Positions 12,960 to 25,860 of a stretch of 64,000 nt of DNA are shown in pieces. Positions within the stretch are counted from its first letter, which is position 1; every line of letters starts with the position of its first letter. This DNA is from Amphiscolops sp. MND2022. Its lineage: Eukaryota. The stretch spans positions 29,390,001-29,454,000 of the forward strand of contig OZ076409.1 in the NCBI GenBank assembly GCA_964187785.1. The letters run 5' to 3'. The position numbers and the translations under genes are program-made. The notes below the pieces were generated by a model. That model worked only from the letters and a program-made list of their open reading frames with translations, ran no database searches and had not been told where the DNA came from.

Positions 12960-15900
12960 CTTAATCTCCTAAGAATCAGAAAGCCTGTGTTGTTGGGCCA
13001 AGATCGACACCGGCGCGAGCAGGATTTTGATGAGTTTAGAGTTTGGTAAAACTATTGGTAATCCAATAGCTCAAAACCCCGGTCGCTTAACGGGTCCAAT
13101 AGCCAATGAGATGCCTACCAAAGGTATCGTAAAAGCAGAGGTCAAAATCGGAACTTGCTACCGATGAATTTGTTGTTGTAGAAGATCGCTATCCAGAAAT
13201 CATGATAGGTTTAAAACTCATGATGGAAAACCGATGTACGACCGACTTAGTCGATCAAAAACTAACGATTACCAAAGATGATGGTTTCATCATCAAAGTA
13301 CCCATACAAGTTTTAAACGGGTATGTTCTTCCTCCGGAAGATGACGCCTTCGTTTGCGAAACGGTACCCCGTACTGACACAGTGTGAGCGGCCTCCAAAA
13401 TAAACAAAAACCTCGAAGAGGACGTAGAGGAGATTTTAAATTTAGCTACCCTTGGCCTCAAGAATACCGGAATAAAGGAAAAATTGTGAAACCTAATTCG
13501 TGATTTTAGAGACGCGTTTTCTCTGTCGTCGGACCCTTTAGGAACCGCGGTAAGAGTAGAACACCACATAGACATAGGCGATGCGAAACCGTTCAAAATC
13601 TCGCCTTATAAAATTGCTCCACACAAATTAGAATCAGTTCGCGAAGAAATTCATGAGATGCTCGATAAAGGAGTAGTTGTACCAAGTAAGAGTCCTTTTA
13701 GCAGTCCCATTGTTATAGTACCTACGAAAGATGGCTCAAATTGAATGTGTAGAGACTACCGAAAATCGAACGATGTTACAGTAAAGGACGCGTATTCGTT
13801 GCCTCGGATCTGTCATACGATTGATACATTACAAGGAGCGGCAATCGCCTCCTCTCTCGATTTAGCAAGAGGCTATTGGCAGATTCCAGTCGCGACCGAA
13901 GACCGCCACAAAAAGGCGTTTTGTACTCCTGTTGGAATATTATGCGAGCGCTTGAAAATGCCGTTTGGCTTAACGAAAGCCCGCCAACTTTCTAACGGAA
14001 CATGAACAACATCTTTTAGAGATCCCTGTATAAACATATGCTCATATTCCTAGATGATGTGTTGACGTTTAGTAAGACTCCAGTAGAACATTTGGAACAT
14101 TTGGAAATAGTGTTTAGAGTTGTGCGCAAGCCCAGGTTTCGTCCTAAACCGAAGAAATGTATTCTGTTTCGCACAGAAGTACACTATTTAGGTCATGTAC
14201 TTAACAAGGAAAGAATCCAACCAGATCCGAAACAGTTAGCGGCAATGGGAGCCTCCGACCGACGTCGCGGGATTTCGTTCATTTGTTGCCGTCTGCAACT
14301 ACTACCGGAAACTTTCAAAACTTCGCAGAAGTGTCTCGTCTACTTTATTTGTTAACCAGCAGAAGTTTAAATTTCACATGGACCGGAAAATATGGAACAG
14401 CGTTCCTAACGCTAATGAAAAGGTTGTTAGAAGATCCAATTATGTCTTTTCCGAGTTTTGAAACTCCGTTCATTATTGATGCCGATGCCAGTGATACTGC
14501 GCTTGGCGCAGTTTTGTCGCAAGTGATTGATGGGATAGAGTATCCGATTGCCTTTGAAACTCGAGTTCTAACTGAAACCGAAGTAAGTTATGCAACGATC
14601 AAGAGAGTAGCCCCAGGTGTTGTCCTAGCAGTCCAATAGTTTTGGCGGTACATTTGCGGGTCTAAGTGTATTATCCGCACAGATCAAGTCCTCAATGGTT
14701 GTTCACGCAAAATGCGGACAGAATGACTTTTCGAATGGTTCAAAAACTTCAGGAGTACGACTACAAAAACGTACATCGTTCAGGTGATGAACATTGTATC
14801 GCAGATGGTCTTGGTCGAAAACCAAATGACGTACCGCATTGACTCCCCGGTGAGGAAGAATCGTTAGAGAACTAATTGCGGAGTTCACAGTATTCGAAAG
14901 TGCTTTGTTTGAAGCAGAAGGCGATCTCCGCGTCGCCCGAACCACAGCTCGTGAGAAATTTGAAACGTCAGATGAACCTCAGATGATGTAGCTCGGCATT
15001 CAAAGATGCAAATTTCTCATCCCCCAAGAGAGGTCGTTCGTTATCGAGTTTTTTTGACTCCCAATTCTTTAGTGTTAAGTGTATCCGCAGACATGAGAGT
15101 AGCCAGTTTTCCCATTTGTGAAAACGTATTGTCATTTACCGCCTTTCTCATAGTCGGTAAACCGTGTGGTATTTTTTCTCGTGTACCGAGACGCTGAAAA
15201 AGGACGTTACTTGTATGTACTTTGTATGTATCACCAAGTATTGTGAAGGAGAAGTCGCCAAAAATGATATGTTGAAAGAATGTCTACTGAGCGTAAAAGA
15301 ACACGCTAGCTCCCATGGATTTTCCAAACTTGCAAGGCCCAGAATAGGTTGCGTTGATGATGACTTAGAATGGATGAATGTAGCTATTTGTCTGGAGGTA
15401 GTGTTCCAAGATTCGTATTTTACAATCTCTGTGTATACTCCGAGAGATCAAATGCAAATGTACCCCTCAGTTTCGTCAAGACGAGGTATTTGACGTTCCG
15501 CAAGCGTAGATTCGGCATGTTCCGTTGTCGCCGTTGAGGAAATGTTAGTATCAGAGCAAGTGGGGGGCATGTATCGTGGACAAGATCCGATAACGACCGA
15601 GCGTATGGTCAAACAATGGATGGTACTATGGGAATTTTATTCCGTAAAATGGTACGACGTGGAAATCGAGAGATTAGACATTAGAATATTTAGGGTCCAA
15701 CCCTATTCCCCGAGACGTCGCCAAAGTATGGTGTTGCCAGAGGCGCTGGAGCTTTGGAGTATATGGGACCAGGTCGCGCTAGCTAAGCAAAGCGAGTCCT
15801 CTATCGGAAATGGAAACCTAGGAATCGTGACCACGAAATATGGCAGGCCGTAGTTCCTTCGACTATGAGAGCTGAAGTGTTGTACCTGTACCAGTTACAT

Positions 15901-17348
15901 GACTCCCCTCTTAGTGGAGGTCATTTTGCAGCTGATAAAACGTTATCGAGGATAAAACAGAGATTTTGGCGGCCTGGTATATTGCAACATGTACGCGTTG
16001 CGCGGCGAGATCAACGCCTGGAAAAGGTCGAAAAGCTTACTGACAAACAATTGAAGCAAAAGCGCCGTTTCGTATTGTTGCCTCAGATATTGTGGGACCC
16101 GTAACGCTAGAGAAAAAGTCACCAGCGCGATACATTTTGGTCACTTCCGATTTGTTTACAAAGTATGCGGTTGCCGTTTCTTTGAAAGACATGACGGCTA
16201 AGACGGTGGCCACGACTTTAGTCGAAGACTGGAGTTTGAAAGTTCGGGCGCCCGATATTTTACATACTGATCAAGGAGCCAATTTCAATATCGAAGTGGT
16301 GAAGGATTTTTGTCAAGTTTTTATGATCGATAGAACTAGGACGTCCCCGTATCATCCAAAAGAAAATGGTCAAGTTGAACGATTCAATAGAGTTATTGCT
16401 GACACTATTTCTATGTATTGCGCCAAAAACCGCAAGATTGGGATCTCTAGTTACCCATGTCAATTTCGTGTACAATACCACCGTGCATAAAACTCTCGGC
16501 ACGACCCCGTTTTCGATGTTGTATGGGAAAAAGCACAAAATCCTATTGATTAGTTCTATCCGAAACCTCCGGGCGACCCTCGTTTAGAATTAGGCGAGGT
16601 AGGAGCTGCGTTGAGTGACAAGTTATACGAAGTGCACAGGCACGCGCAAATAACTATGGGAAAGAGCAACGTCGACAAAAGGATTATTATCGGAGAAAAA
16701 TTCGCGGAGAAGGCTTTAAGACAGGAGACTTGGTGTGGTTAATCCAGCCACACAAAACGAAATCCCGAAAATTCTATTTTCCTTGGCACGACAAGGCCGC
16801 TGCGAAGTGTTAAGCCAGACAAGTGAGGTGAATTTATCAGATTTGTAAGCCAGGTTCACCGGAAAAATGGCAGAATATCCATTTCAATTGTCATAAGCCA
16901 TTTTTAGGCGAGTACCTCCCAAAACAATCCCAGCGGATAGCGGGAAAAACAGTACCGAGTTATGTAGAAGTCGAGGGTGAGTCTGATTCATTCAACCAAG
17001 AAACCGAAAATAGACCATATCATGTATCCCGCACTACTTCGGCGGAAACTCAAGCCAATAAAAATCGGTTGCGCGTGTCGTTCCACAACATTCCCTGCGT
17101 GATAAGTGCCGAAAATGACAGAGACCCCTCTGACAATATACATAGATGTCCCCGAACAGTCAGATGAATCTTCGTTTACTGTTTATAATGTTTATGAAGA
17201 AACTGACGAGAGTAGATTTACTCCGCACCCACGTGATAATGAAGACAGAGAAAGCGATTGTTCAGATTTGCTGTTGATCAAAACGACACGGAGTTGTCGA
17301 CCGCCATTGCGCTTTGGCATAGACGAGTACGTGGTCAACCCAAAATAA
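12960..17348 (+). pseudogene. pol: pol (disrupted): protease, RT, RNase H, macrodomain, integrase
   Basis: IDTGA (~13003); DLARGYWQI, MPFGL and IFLDD (RT); DADASDTALGAVLSQ (RNase H); HDSPLSGGH, SDLFTKY, TDQGANF, NGQVERFNR (integrase). Confidence 0.93.
15006..15493 (+). other. TARG1/OARD1 (Poa1p-like) macrodomain inside pol
   Basis: SLVLSVSADMR...YFVCITK...LKECLLSVKEHASSHGFSKLARPRIGCVDDDLEWMNVAICLEVVFQDSYFTISVY parallels the OARD1 pattern SLAHCISED..YYLITK..L.AMK.H...G...LSMPRIGCGLDRLQW..V...IEEVF.....ITVY. One frameshift. Confidence 0.85.
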
Positions 17349-17723
17349 CATTAGTGTCTTCGGATGATGGTCAGGTGAGTTGAGTCATCCGATGTAGTGA
17401 AGCTCATCATTCGTTTAGCCGTTGGCGAGCATGACTAAGCGAATTACTGTAAGCTCGGACAGTTCATCACGAGGTGTTGAGTCAGAAAAAATAGCATCAT
17501 CTGTGTCGCTATTGGCTCTGCCTCATTCTTCAATTTAACTTCAACTTAGACACTCGCTAGAATAAAAAAAATGTAGTACTTATCCCTACAATCAATTCGA
17601 ACGACTTTTGCTTTCCTTCTCTGTAACTGCGAAATGAAAAACACCCAATATTGTCATATTTTGTTATCGTTCGATATTCCTATTATCGTTTCTAGTTCTT
17701 TTCCGACTCGCTAGTTTAGTTGT

Positions 17724-19845
17724 ATGATGAAACTTGTTTTACTTGTTATCGTTACTTTCACGCGTTGTACTCTGGGAGACGAGGACCATTTCGACCCTTA
17801 CGATTTTCAGAGGAGACCCAATCAACCAGGGATTGTAAATAGCACTCAATCTATCTCCGTCGAGGCATTCACTCCAAAACTCCCAGTTGTACTCGTTTAG
17901 TCCAATAAAACCATTTGGACCTGGATTGCTTTTCTTAAGATGTCTCATCTAGACCCGGAGCCTTTGAATGAAATTTTGGATAAGGCATCAAACCGGCTAG
18001 TCTCCCTTGATCTTCGTATGTTTGCCCGAGAATGCGCTGATCCTCACTTGTTCGAGTATCGGAAATTTTTTTGCGCGATAACCTGGCAGAAATTTTTCAA
18101 GGTCATCAAATGACCCGACAAGATTGACTAGCAATGCGGAGAGCACTCACCTATTTTCTGAATCATACTGTAGATGACATTCCGTTGGAAAACCTAATCG
18201 TTATATCAGATCTATTGTGGGAGCTATTGCAGGATTGCTGGTAGGAAGTGAGTTAGCCCAGGTCTTTTTACGCCTTATATTTGGTTCGGTGTTAAATAAA
18301 ATTTCAAGCTTCGTTGTTGACCTGATCCCATTTGGATCAGTGTATCGAAGTAAAGACCGTGAAATTATTGAAGAGTTGGCTAGAGAAATTGAAGTGTTAC
18401 AAAATGAGGTAGAGTATTTGAGAACTGAGCTGTTGGAAGCGATAACCGTACTTTTACCGGCTGACGTGGAAGGCAGAAAGTTTTTGACTTTAAAACAATC
18501 CCTCGTGGAAAACATCCAAATGTTGAAAAGCACAATTAATGGGGCGATAGATGAAGTATACGATTTTGTATAGCGAGCTGAGTCTGTCTCTAAGATAACT
18601 CAAGATCGACATCGCAATACATTGATCATTGCCGCAACATTCCAAAATTTGACCACTCAGTATAGAAGAATTGTTAAGGAATTCAATCAAAGACGCATCT
18701 CGTTGTCAAATGCTAGACGAAGCTATGTCATCGTTGGTTCACGGCTCTTTGCCTATATCCCTTATTCCGCCATTTTAAATTCTTATCACGTTACTGGTCT
18801 AAATGAGGCTATCCCCAGGTTATTCATCGTCGCTTATTATTTGTTTGAAAATTAAGAAACACGTGTTTGACGAAGGAAGGAATGCACATGTTGATTGAAA
18901 TTCCTATGTACGCGGGACACGGAATTCATGAGGTTTACCGGACAACGCCAAACCCTCAACCAATCCAAATTCCGAACGCGCAACGCACTTTCAACTCGCG
19001 AAAACACACTTATTATTGTCTTGGGACAAAACGAATTTTGCGGAAGTAACCGAACAACAGTTGTGTACGCATTGTTGGGGCTCCCATCGGCTTAGGCTAT
19101 GCAAAGACCTTTTCTCGACTACTAAATCGCAGAAAACGACATGTCTCACCGGATTGTTTTTTAATTTTCTCGCCACCGTATTGAAATTGCGTGCACAAGA
19201 AGTTGTAGCCCTTCCACAGCATCGGCAAGCAATATATCTATCGACTCGACCTACCTATTATTTTCTGCCAAAGCAGATTTCACTACGCAAAACATGCCCG
19301 GCACGGTCGATTATAGAGTTTCAGGTGTCAAAGTTGTCTAGTTCGACACATGTGTGAGGGATTTTTGCCGACCCCCCTAATACGACTATTGTTTGAAAAC
19401 TTGAAAGACCTAGAAAAAATTATCCTCCATCTTTAATGGGCGTTGTTCATCAAGAACTGTTGTCCCTTTCGAAATTATACTTGGCAGGATCGCCAGACCG
19501 CGCAATCACGGAGGAAATGCTTGATGCAATTGCCAAGTCATTTTTGAATGAAATTGAAAAAGTTCATACAACAGTTACAAAGAAAGTGTGGAGAGACATT
19601 GTTTTACCATGTGTAGTCGCGTTAATTGGTTTGATTTTATTTGGATTGTGAGCTTGTTATGCTGGGCCATCAAAAGGGTCAATTATACATCATGCAACAG
19701 TATATACATCGATTGCTGGGTGGGAGGTGAAGAAAAGAAACGGAAGCAGGCTAGAATAGCGGAGCAGCTTCAACATCTTCCCACTACATCTGCCACCGTA
19801 GAAGAGAAAGTGATTACTATTGACCTTTCCCCAATGGAGATTTAA
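17724..19845 (+). pseudogene. env: env-like class I fusion glycoprotein (disrupted)
   Basis: Signal peptide MMKLVLLVIVTFTRCTLG; RYIR (R-X-X-R, 18199-18210) followed by fusion peptide SIVGAIAGLLVG; heptad repeat DREIIEELAREIEVLQNEVEYL; Cys-rich ectodomain; C-terminal TM IVLPCVVALIGLILFGL; sequons NST and NLT; lies between pol and the PPT. Confidence 0.85.
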
Positions 19846-21174
19846 AAGCAGAAGTCACATCCCGAATGAGTATCTTCCTCAAAACCGTGAGAACAAAACG
19901 TTAACTTGTGCTGTTATTTAATTACTCCGCCCCACCCCGTATTTATTCGCCCTCATAACTTAACTGATAGGTCACTCCCGCTCCTTTTCCCACTTAGACA
20001 AATGAGGGAACTTGTTTAAATCAGAGATAAGCAGGACGCCAATCAGATTGAAATGATGAGAAAAAAAGACTTTGTAAGATAACTCAAAAACCCAGTATAA
20101 AACTTATTTCCTAGCTGAACAGTTGTTCGTACCTACATCCACTTCCAAGTTTTTGTTAGGATCCTAACATGAACAATTGAATTCGAAAATGCAACCAGCA
20201 CAACCTGCTAATAACTATAATATCCAATGTTGAAACACCGCAGCTTTTGTAGCAACCCAAATGTATTGCTCTGCTATCGCAGAGACGCGTAATGCCAACA
20301 TGCCTATAACTGCGGGAGTTCTGTCCCCCACCTTACGAACGGGAAATCCCCTGTCTTAGAAACTTAAGTTTATACTGTGAAATGACTCAACAGATTTTAA
20401 TGGCAGTTAGTCAGGCTTCCCTTGAGAAATAGGAAAGAGTCATAGGGACTCTGACAAGGATTCTTGCCTTGCCAGATGAAAGCCCACGAGCAGAGGGGAA
20501 CCCCCTCAGCACCTGATTTCATTGGACAGGGTCCATCGGTCATCAGCATATGTGGAGTTGGGTGCAACCTTGAGAGTCTCCCTGGGACCGATCATTTCAG
20601 GTTTACCCTCATCCGCCTCATCGCCCTCGTGTTGACATTAATTCTTTCCAAAGAGTCATGTTCAGACATTTAGATATCGAGAGTTAAACCTCGACTACGA
20701 CGACTGTATTGCCTACTCCAGCCACTGTCAGCAGCTCAACCTCTACTTCGCGCGCGGGAGCAGTGTTGGTCGACGCCGATAGTAGCGACACGGACAGCGT
20801 TAATATAACAGCGGCAGTGGTATTTCCATCACAGTCGAAGAGAAAATTTTTGCAGACAATGGATCCCCGAGTTCAAGGAAGCAGTTCTTCTTTGCCCTCC
20901 ACCTCCTAAAATTAGAGATATTTGTGAAAACCCGATATAAATCGGAGCACTTTTGTTAAACTCAGTATAATATTATGTTGTGAAAATATGATGTGCCGAA
21001 TCAAAGTATTAATGATGTGAAGTGGTTGTAATTCAAGAGCTCTTGTGTTCACAATAGCTAGAAGGAAGAATTACACAAGGCAAAATTAATACAGACTGGC
21101 CAACAGTCTAACCAATCATCTAAGACTACGCTAAAAATTTAAATAAACCAACTACTCAGGAGAGTAGTAGGCCC

Positions 21175-21185
21175 AGTGGGGGGAA
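21175..21185 (+). promoter_or_regulatory. Polypurine tract
   Basis: AGTGGGGGGAA immediately before the TG of the 3' LTR. Confidence 0.85.
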
Positions 21186-21304
21186 TGTAAGATTTTTGAC
21201 CTGTTTTTACATATACATGTAGTTTATTTAAAATATGACTTATCAAGGTTTATCAAAACCGGGGGTGATATCCACTAATTACATAAAAGAGTCAAATAGA
21301 TAAA

Positions 21305-22298
21305 TTAATAAGTAAATGAGGACAATAAGTCTCCCAATAAATCAGTGCTTGCGCCGTTATTCTTTCGATGCTTGAGGGCCCATTGCTGGAGCAAATACCC
21401 AGTTTCGCAATGTCACCCTGCCTTGTATTCGTAGAATTTTCCTCCAGGGGCCACATCGTACTCCCACATTGTATTCGTCCAACGTCATCGTAAAGATAGT
21501 TGAACCCGCGATGGTAGAAGCGTCCCACCCCGACAAATTATTTGGCTTACCTGTATCTAGGATGAGGACGGCATGAGGCCGCAAACTAGGAATATAAATT
21601 AAAACCCCGGCTGCTGAATGGTAACTCTTAAAGAAATCGCCTCCCGGTCACGTGCTCCTCTCTGAAAGAAATCAATAAAACTGTGAGCATTATTACAACA
21701 ACGTTCTAATAAGCGGGAAGAACTATTAGTGGTATTTGCATACCATTTGTTAATTCCCGTATGCAAAAGAGCATAAGAAGCGCCTCCTCCAACTTTAATA
21801 TGCGCATACGAAATCCAAGGGCCCTGTACTAATGAACCTATAGAACTAATACAAACTGATATGTTACAAATTGATCAATAAATGAAAAAGAGGTAGGTCA
21901 TTTAGCAAAATCCATATCTCTCTGCATAGAATTAAGAAAGTCACGAGTTACAGAATAATTCGGGCCTTTCGTAATAATCATCAGAGGATGATCAATATCA
22001 TTCTCAAAATCGAGATCAATATCATTCTCAGATTTATCAGATAGTTTCTTCAAAACGTCGCTAGGCTGAACATTCACGCCGACAAGATACAAGGCTGCGG
22101 GGGAGAGATTGAATTGAAATTTTGTGGGGAAATAGTAGAGAAACGCTGCCAAAATTCATGAACTTTAGTGAAGTCAGAAACAGTATTATTAATAATAAAA
22201 CCATTGTAAATCTCGTTCAAACGATCAACCACACCCTGACTACGTGTTGAGTAATTGGTAGTGTACTTTAAAGAATGAGAATTTGAAGAAGCAGCCAT
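21305..22298 (-). pseudogene. Second copy of the LTR antisense ORF
   Basis: ORF pieces 22074-22298, 21898-22152 and 21357-21584 match the 5' LTR copy. Confidence 0.55.
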
Positions 22299-23092
22299 TT
22301 TTCACAGTGTACAGAGATTCAGTCGAGTCGCTATGTTAATACGTGTTTTGAGGGTATGTGAGAGTGAAACTTCAGAGTACGCGGTATAAACAATGAATGC
22401 AACTCACCAAAGCGTGTCAGAAGAAAGTGAAAGAAAGAAATTGAGATCGCGCTGTGGATGGCTGTACGCATAGCTAATAAGAAAACGGCCGCCGCACACT
22501 TTGGAATTATCCCCTCTGTAAATGCAAATTAAAAATAAAAACAAGATTTCTCATAGAATAAAAAAGATAGCAACAAACGGTTTGCAGCATTCGATTGCCC
22601 GTCTAAAGGAGCGCTTGGGTTGAGAATATGAGCACCGTGCAACAACGGGAAGCTATTGGGTAGAAGCATTGAATAAAAGCTCTTGTAAATTTTTGAGGAA
22701 TTTCCAAAAATGAGTTTCCTTTAAAAAGTTCGTGTGATCGCTACAGTTGTCAGAAAATGTTCGGGTATGACTTAAATTAAAGATAAGAATGTTCTAACTT
22801 GTGGTAAAAGGAAAAGAAATATTATTCAGTAGTTTTTGAGGTTTGACCCAGCAAACGTTAAAAATGGCCAAAATAGCCGCTTTTCGCGTGTTATTGCTTA
22901 GTACTCAACGTATAAGAGCACAATAACCGCCTCCTTTGCAGCGTACTTGCGAATTGAAGTGGATGAGTGAACGAAACAAAAAACAGAGTGCTGCGGCGCG
23001 CTGGCGAGAAACTCCAAGTATTGAAAGTTGAGAATTATCGTTGTCAGTAGTGAAATCGACTCACCAAAATGCTAACCCCCCGCACGTTTTGG

Positions 23093-24766
23093 GCTTTCAA
23101 AAAATTGACTATAAGTGAGTAATACCAAATTCTGTTTACAGAAAAGTAATTCTTAGGAAAGAACAGGAAAACAAAATTTGAAACACATCACAACAACATG
23201 TATTGCGTAGATTTGCAACTGTTATTGATTATACTTCTTATTTATTTTGTTCCTTGTTTCCAGAAAGTATTTTAGCTAATCTCCACTTGTTTCCGTCCAC
23301 GACGAGAGCATAATTGCCACAAGAAGTTTTGAGAGAGACAACTTCGATCAAGCCATAAATCTTTCCATGAAAAAATGTTTAGTTTCAGTGTTGACGGTTT
23401 TAATTCCTCACATGAAAGCATCAAATGATCCCATGTTTCAAATTCTTCTCCACATGCAAAACACAATAGGTGGAGTACAAGATTTTCAGCCACTTGTTTT
23501 GTTTATCTAAGTACGAGTTCATTAGAAAGCGACAAAGGAAGTTTTTATCAAACGAAGTGAGTTTTCTATTTTTCTAAATGTTTCTTATGACTGAGTACAA
23601 AAGATTGGTGCAACATTTAGTTTTTGTTTGATGTGGCTTCTATTTTTTGAGATAATGGAACGTTTATTGGGAAGTTGTTCAAAAAATTATATATCTCTTT
23701 CGAAATTGTCTCTATTGTTTTTTTTAAGTGTGGTAAAATACTTCTGAAGTGTTATTTCTTCTGTTTTCAGTTCGAGTATCTTCATGTGCTCTCTCTGAAA
23801 ATGTTTTTCTAATTCTGAATATGTTTTTGATCTTTTATAGGCATTGAGGTATTTTTCTTCCCTCGGGTTAAGTGCTAGGAATTTCAAATTCTTGATTTTT
23901 GCAGCTAAAAAGAAGTATTTCGAATAATCTTTAAGATTTAATCACCCTTCTTCAATTGGTAACGAAGGAAATTCTCTGCTAATCTTATGTTTTTCGTACT
24001 GCCAGAAGACGTTTGTTATTTTTGATTGAACTTTCCGAAGATAACTTTTTGTCCAAAATCTCGTGTCTTAGATAGTGAATTATTTCAGAATAGACAAACG
24101 TCTCGATGTTTCTGGTTTTTGCGCGGAATGAGCTGTTTTTTTAATACAAAAGTTTCTGCTGAGATAAACGCATTCATTATTGTGTTTTTCGTTTTTGTAT
24201 TTAGACTTTTATTTAGCGAAATGAATACTCCAAGAAATTTTTTTTTCACTTTTATTATTTTTTCCTAGGCATGCAATTTTTCTGCTTTTGAAAGGATTTA
24301 GTTTTGAAATTGTTGAATTTGCTTCCAATCCTGCTACTTCGTTGAAATGGTCCAGTATAATCAACATTTTTCTGAGAGATTTGTTAAAAAGTCTGATCGT
24401 TGTATCGTCTGCGTAGGCGATACATTTTGTTTGTTGTTTTGATTTTATGTATTTTGGTTTTTTAATTCTCTGCAGAAGGGGCTCAAGGCATAGGAAAAGA
24501 TCATTGCTGAAAGGGGACAACCTTGTCTTACTCCTCTATCAATCTTGGATTTAGTAGAAATTCCATTTTTCATTCGATTGAAATCAAATGTTTCCTTGTA
24601 CATGAGCATAATCATTGTTTGAGTACTTTTATCAATTGGACTTTTTTCAATTAGTTTTTGTATAAAACTACGTTCTACGCAATCAAAGGCTTTGCTAAAG
24701 TTGATTGCTATAAGTGATTGGTTTCGCGTTGTTTCCGGGGCGTAATGTTGAATTTTGTATCCTGGG
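23093..24766 (-). mobile_element. 5'-truncated non-LTR retrotransposon (L1/Tx1-like RT plus C-terminal zinc finger)
   Basis: FSKAFDCV, RGVRQGCPLS, YADD, CFACGEEFETWDHLMLSC. 12-bp TSD CGCACGTTTTGG at 23081-23092 and 24767-24778; the site is single-copy in the 5' LTR. Confidence 0.9.
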
Positions 24767-25800
24767 CGCACGTTTTGGTTGATATCGAGCTGAAGCTTTC
24801 AGGGTAGACGCACACGAGTCTGTCGCACGGCGTTTAGCAGGAGCGTTTTTCCGAAAAATGGCCTGGTCTTGAGCTATGACCTCTAAACTTGGAGGCCAAG
24901 TCACCAAAAATTGAAAAATGACCTTTTTCAGAAAAAGTGTCCCCAAATTTTGTTGAAACAAGTCAAACACTTTATCTAAAGTGCAAAAAACTTCTAATGG
25001 CTTGGGCTAGCGATGTATAAAGACACCTAGCCTTTGTCGTTCAAATTGCCGGAGTACCAGTCCTCCAAAGTTGAGATTTGTGCAAAAGTTGATATGTGAC
25101 TTTTGACAGCCAAATTCAAGGGCGTTTTTCACTATAAAGGAGTCGAAATAGAAAGTTGGCCTCGGACTAAGCTTTTGTAGCCATTCTAATGTACGTTTAA
25201 CTGATGCATTTGATCGGAACACACTAGTTTTTGCACTTCATTTGTGAAACACGAAAATCGACTGTTTAGAGTATGAATTAAAATCGCCTTTTAGGTCATT
25301 GTAAAGTGTTGGAAGTTATTTCCTTCAGCCATATTTTGCTGAAGAGAGTTGTCACGAGCCGTGTGGGAAAAAATCACAATTGTGCAAATGTCAACTGGTG
25401 GAACTGAGTAGAAAAAGTTCTTCTGATGAACCTTTAGTACCGAAGTAGGAAAAACTATATTGCTCAACACTTAGTCAGGTCCCCAAAAAGGAAAGAAGAC
25501 GAAAAATGAATAATGATATTACCAAACCACCGAAAAAATAACTTTGGCCAACTTTGCGCCATTTTAGCGACACACAATGTGAGTTGAAATCTACAGAACG
25601 TATTGCTGCTTTGAGTCCAATAGCATCTCGCATCAGACACCGGACTATCGAAATTGCAGGTTTCCTTCGTTTGGCCGGTTAGCCCGTGCCTTCATCCTAA
25701 TAACCTGAAGCAGCCTGATATATTGCTACCCCTCCGTCCCCTAGTACGGATTTCGACCCGGAAGAGGGTGGACAGCTGGTCTATCGTATTACATGTAAAA

Positions 25801-25860
25801 TTGCCTAAGTGGGCTTAGAATACACGGATTTGCCTAAGTGGGCTTAGAATACACGGATTT
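25801..25860. repeat. Tandem duplication of ~29-30 bp (TTGCCTAAGTGGGCTTAGAATACACGGAT)
   Basis: Direct reading of the sequence. Confidence 0.9.
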
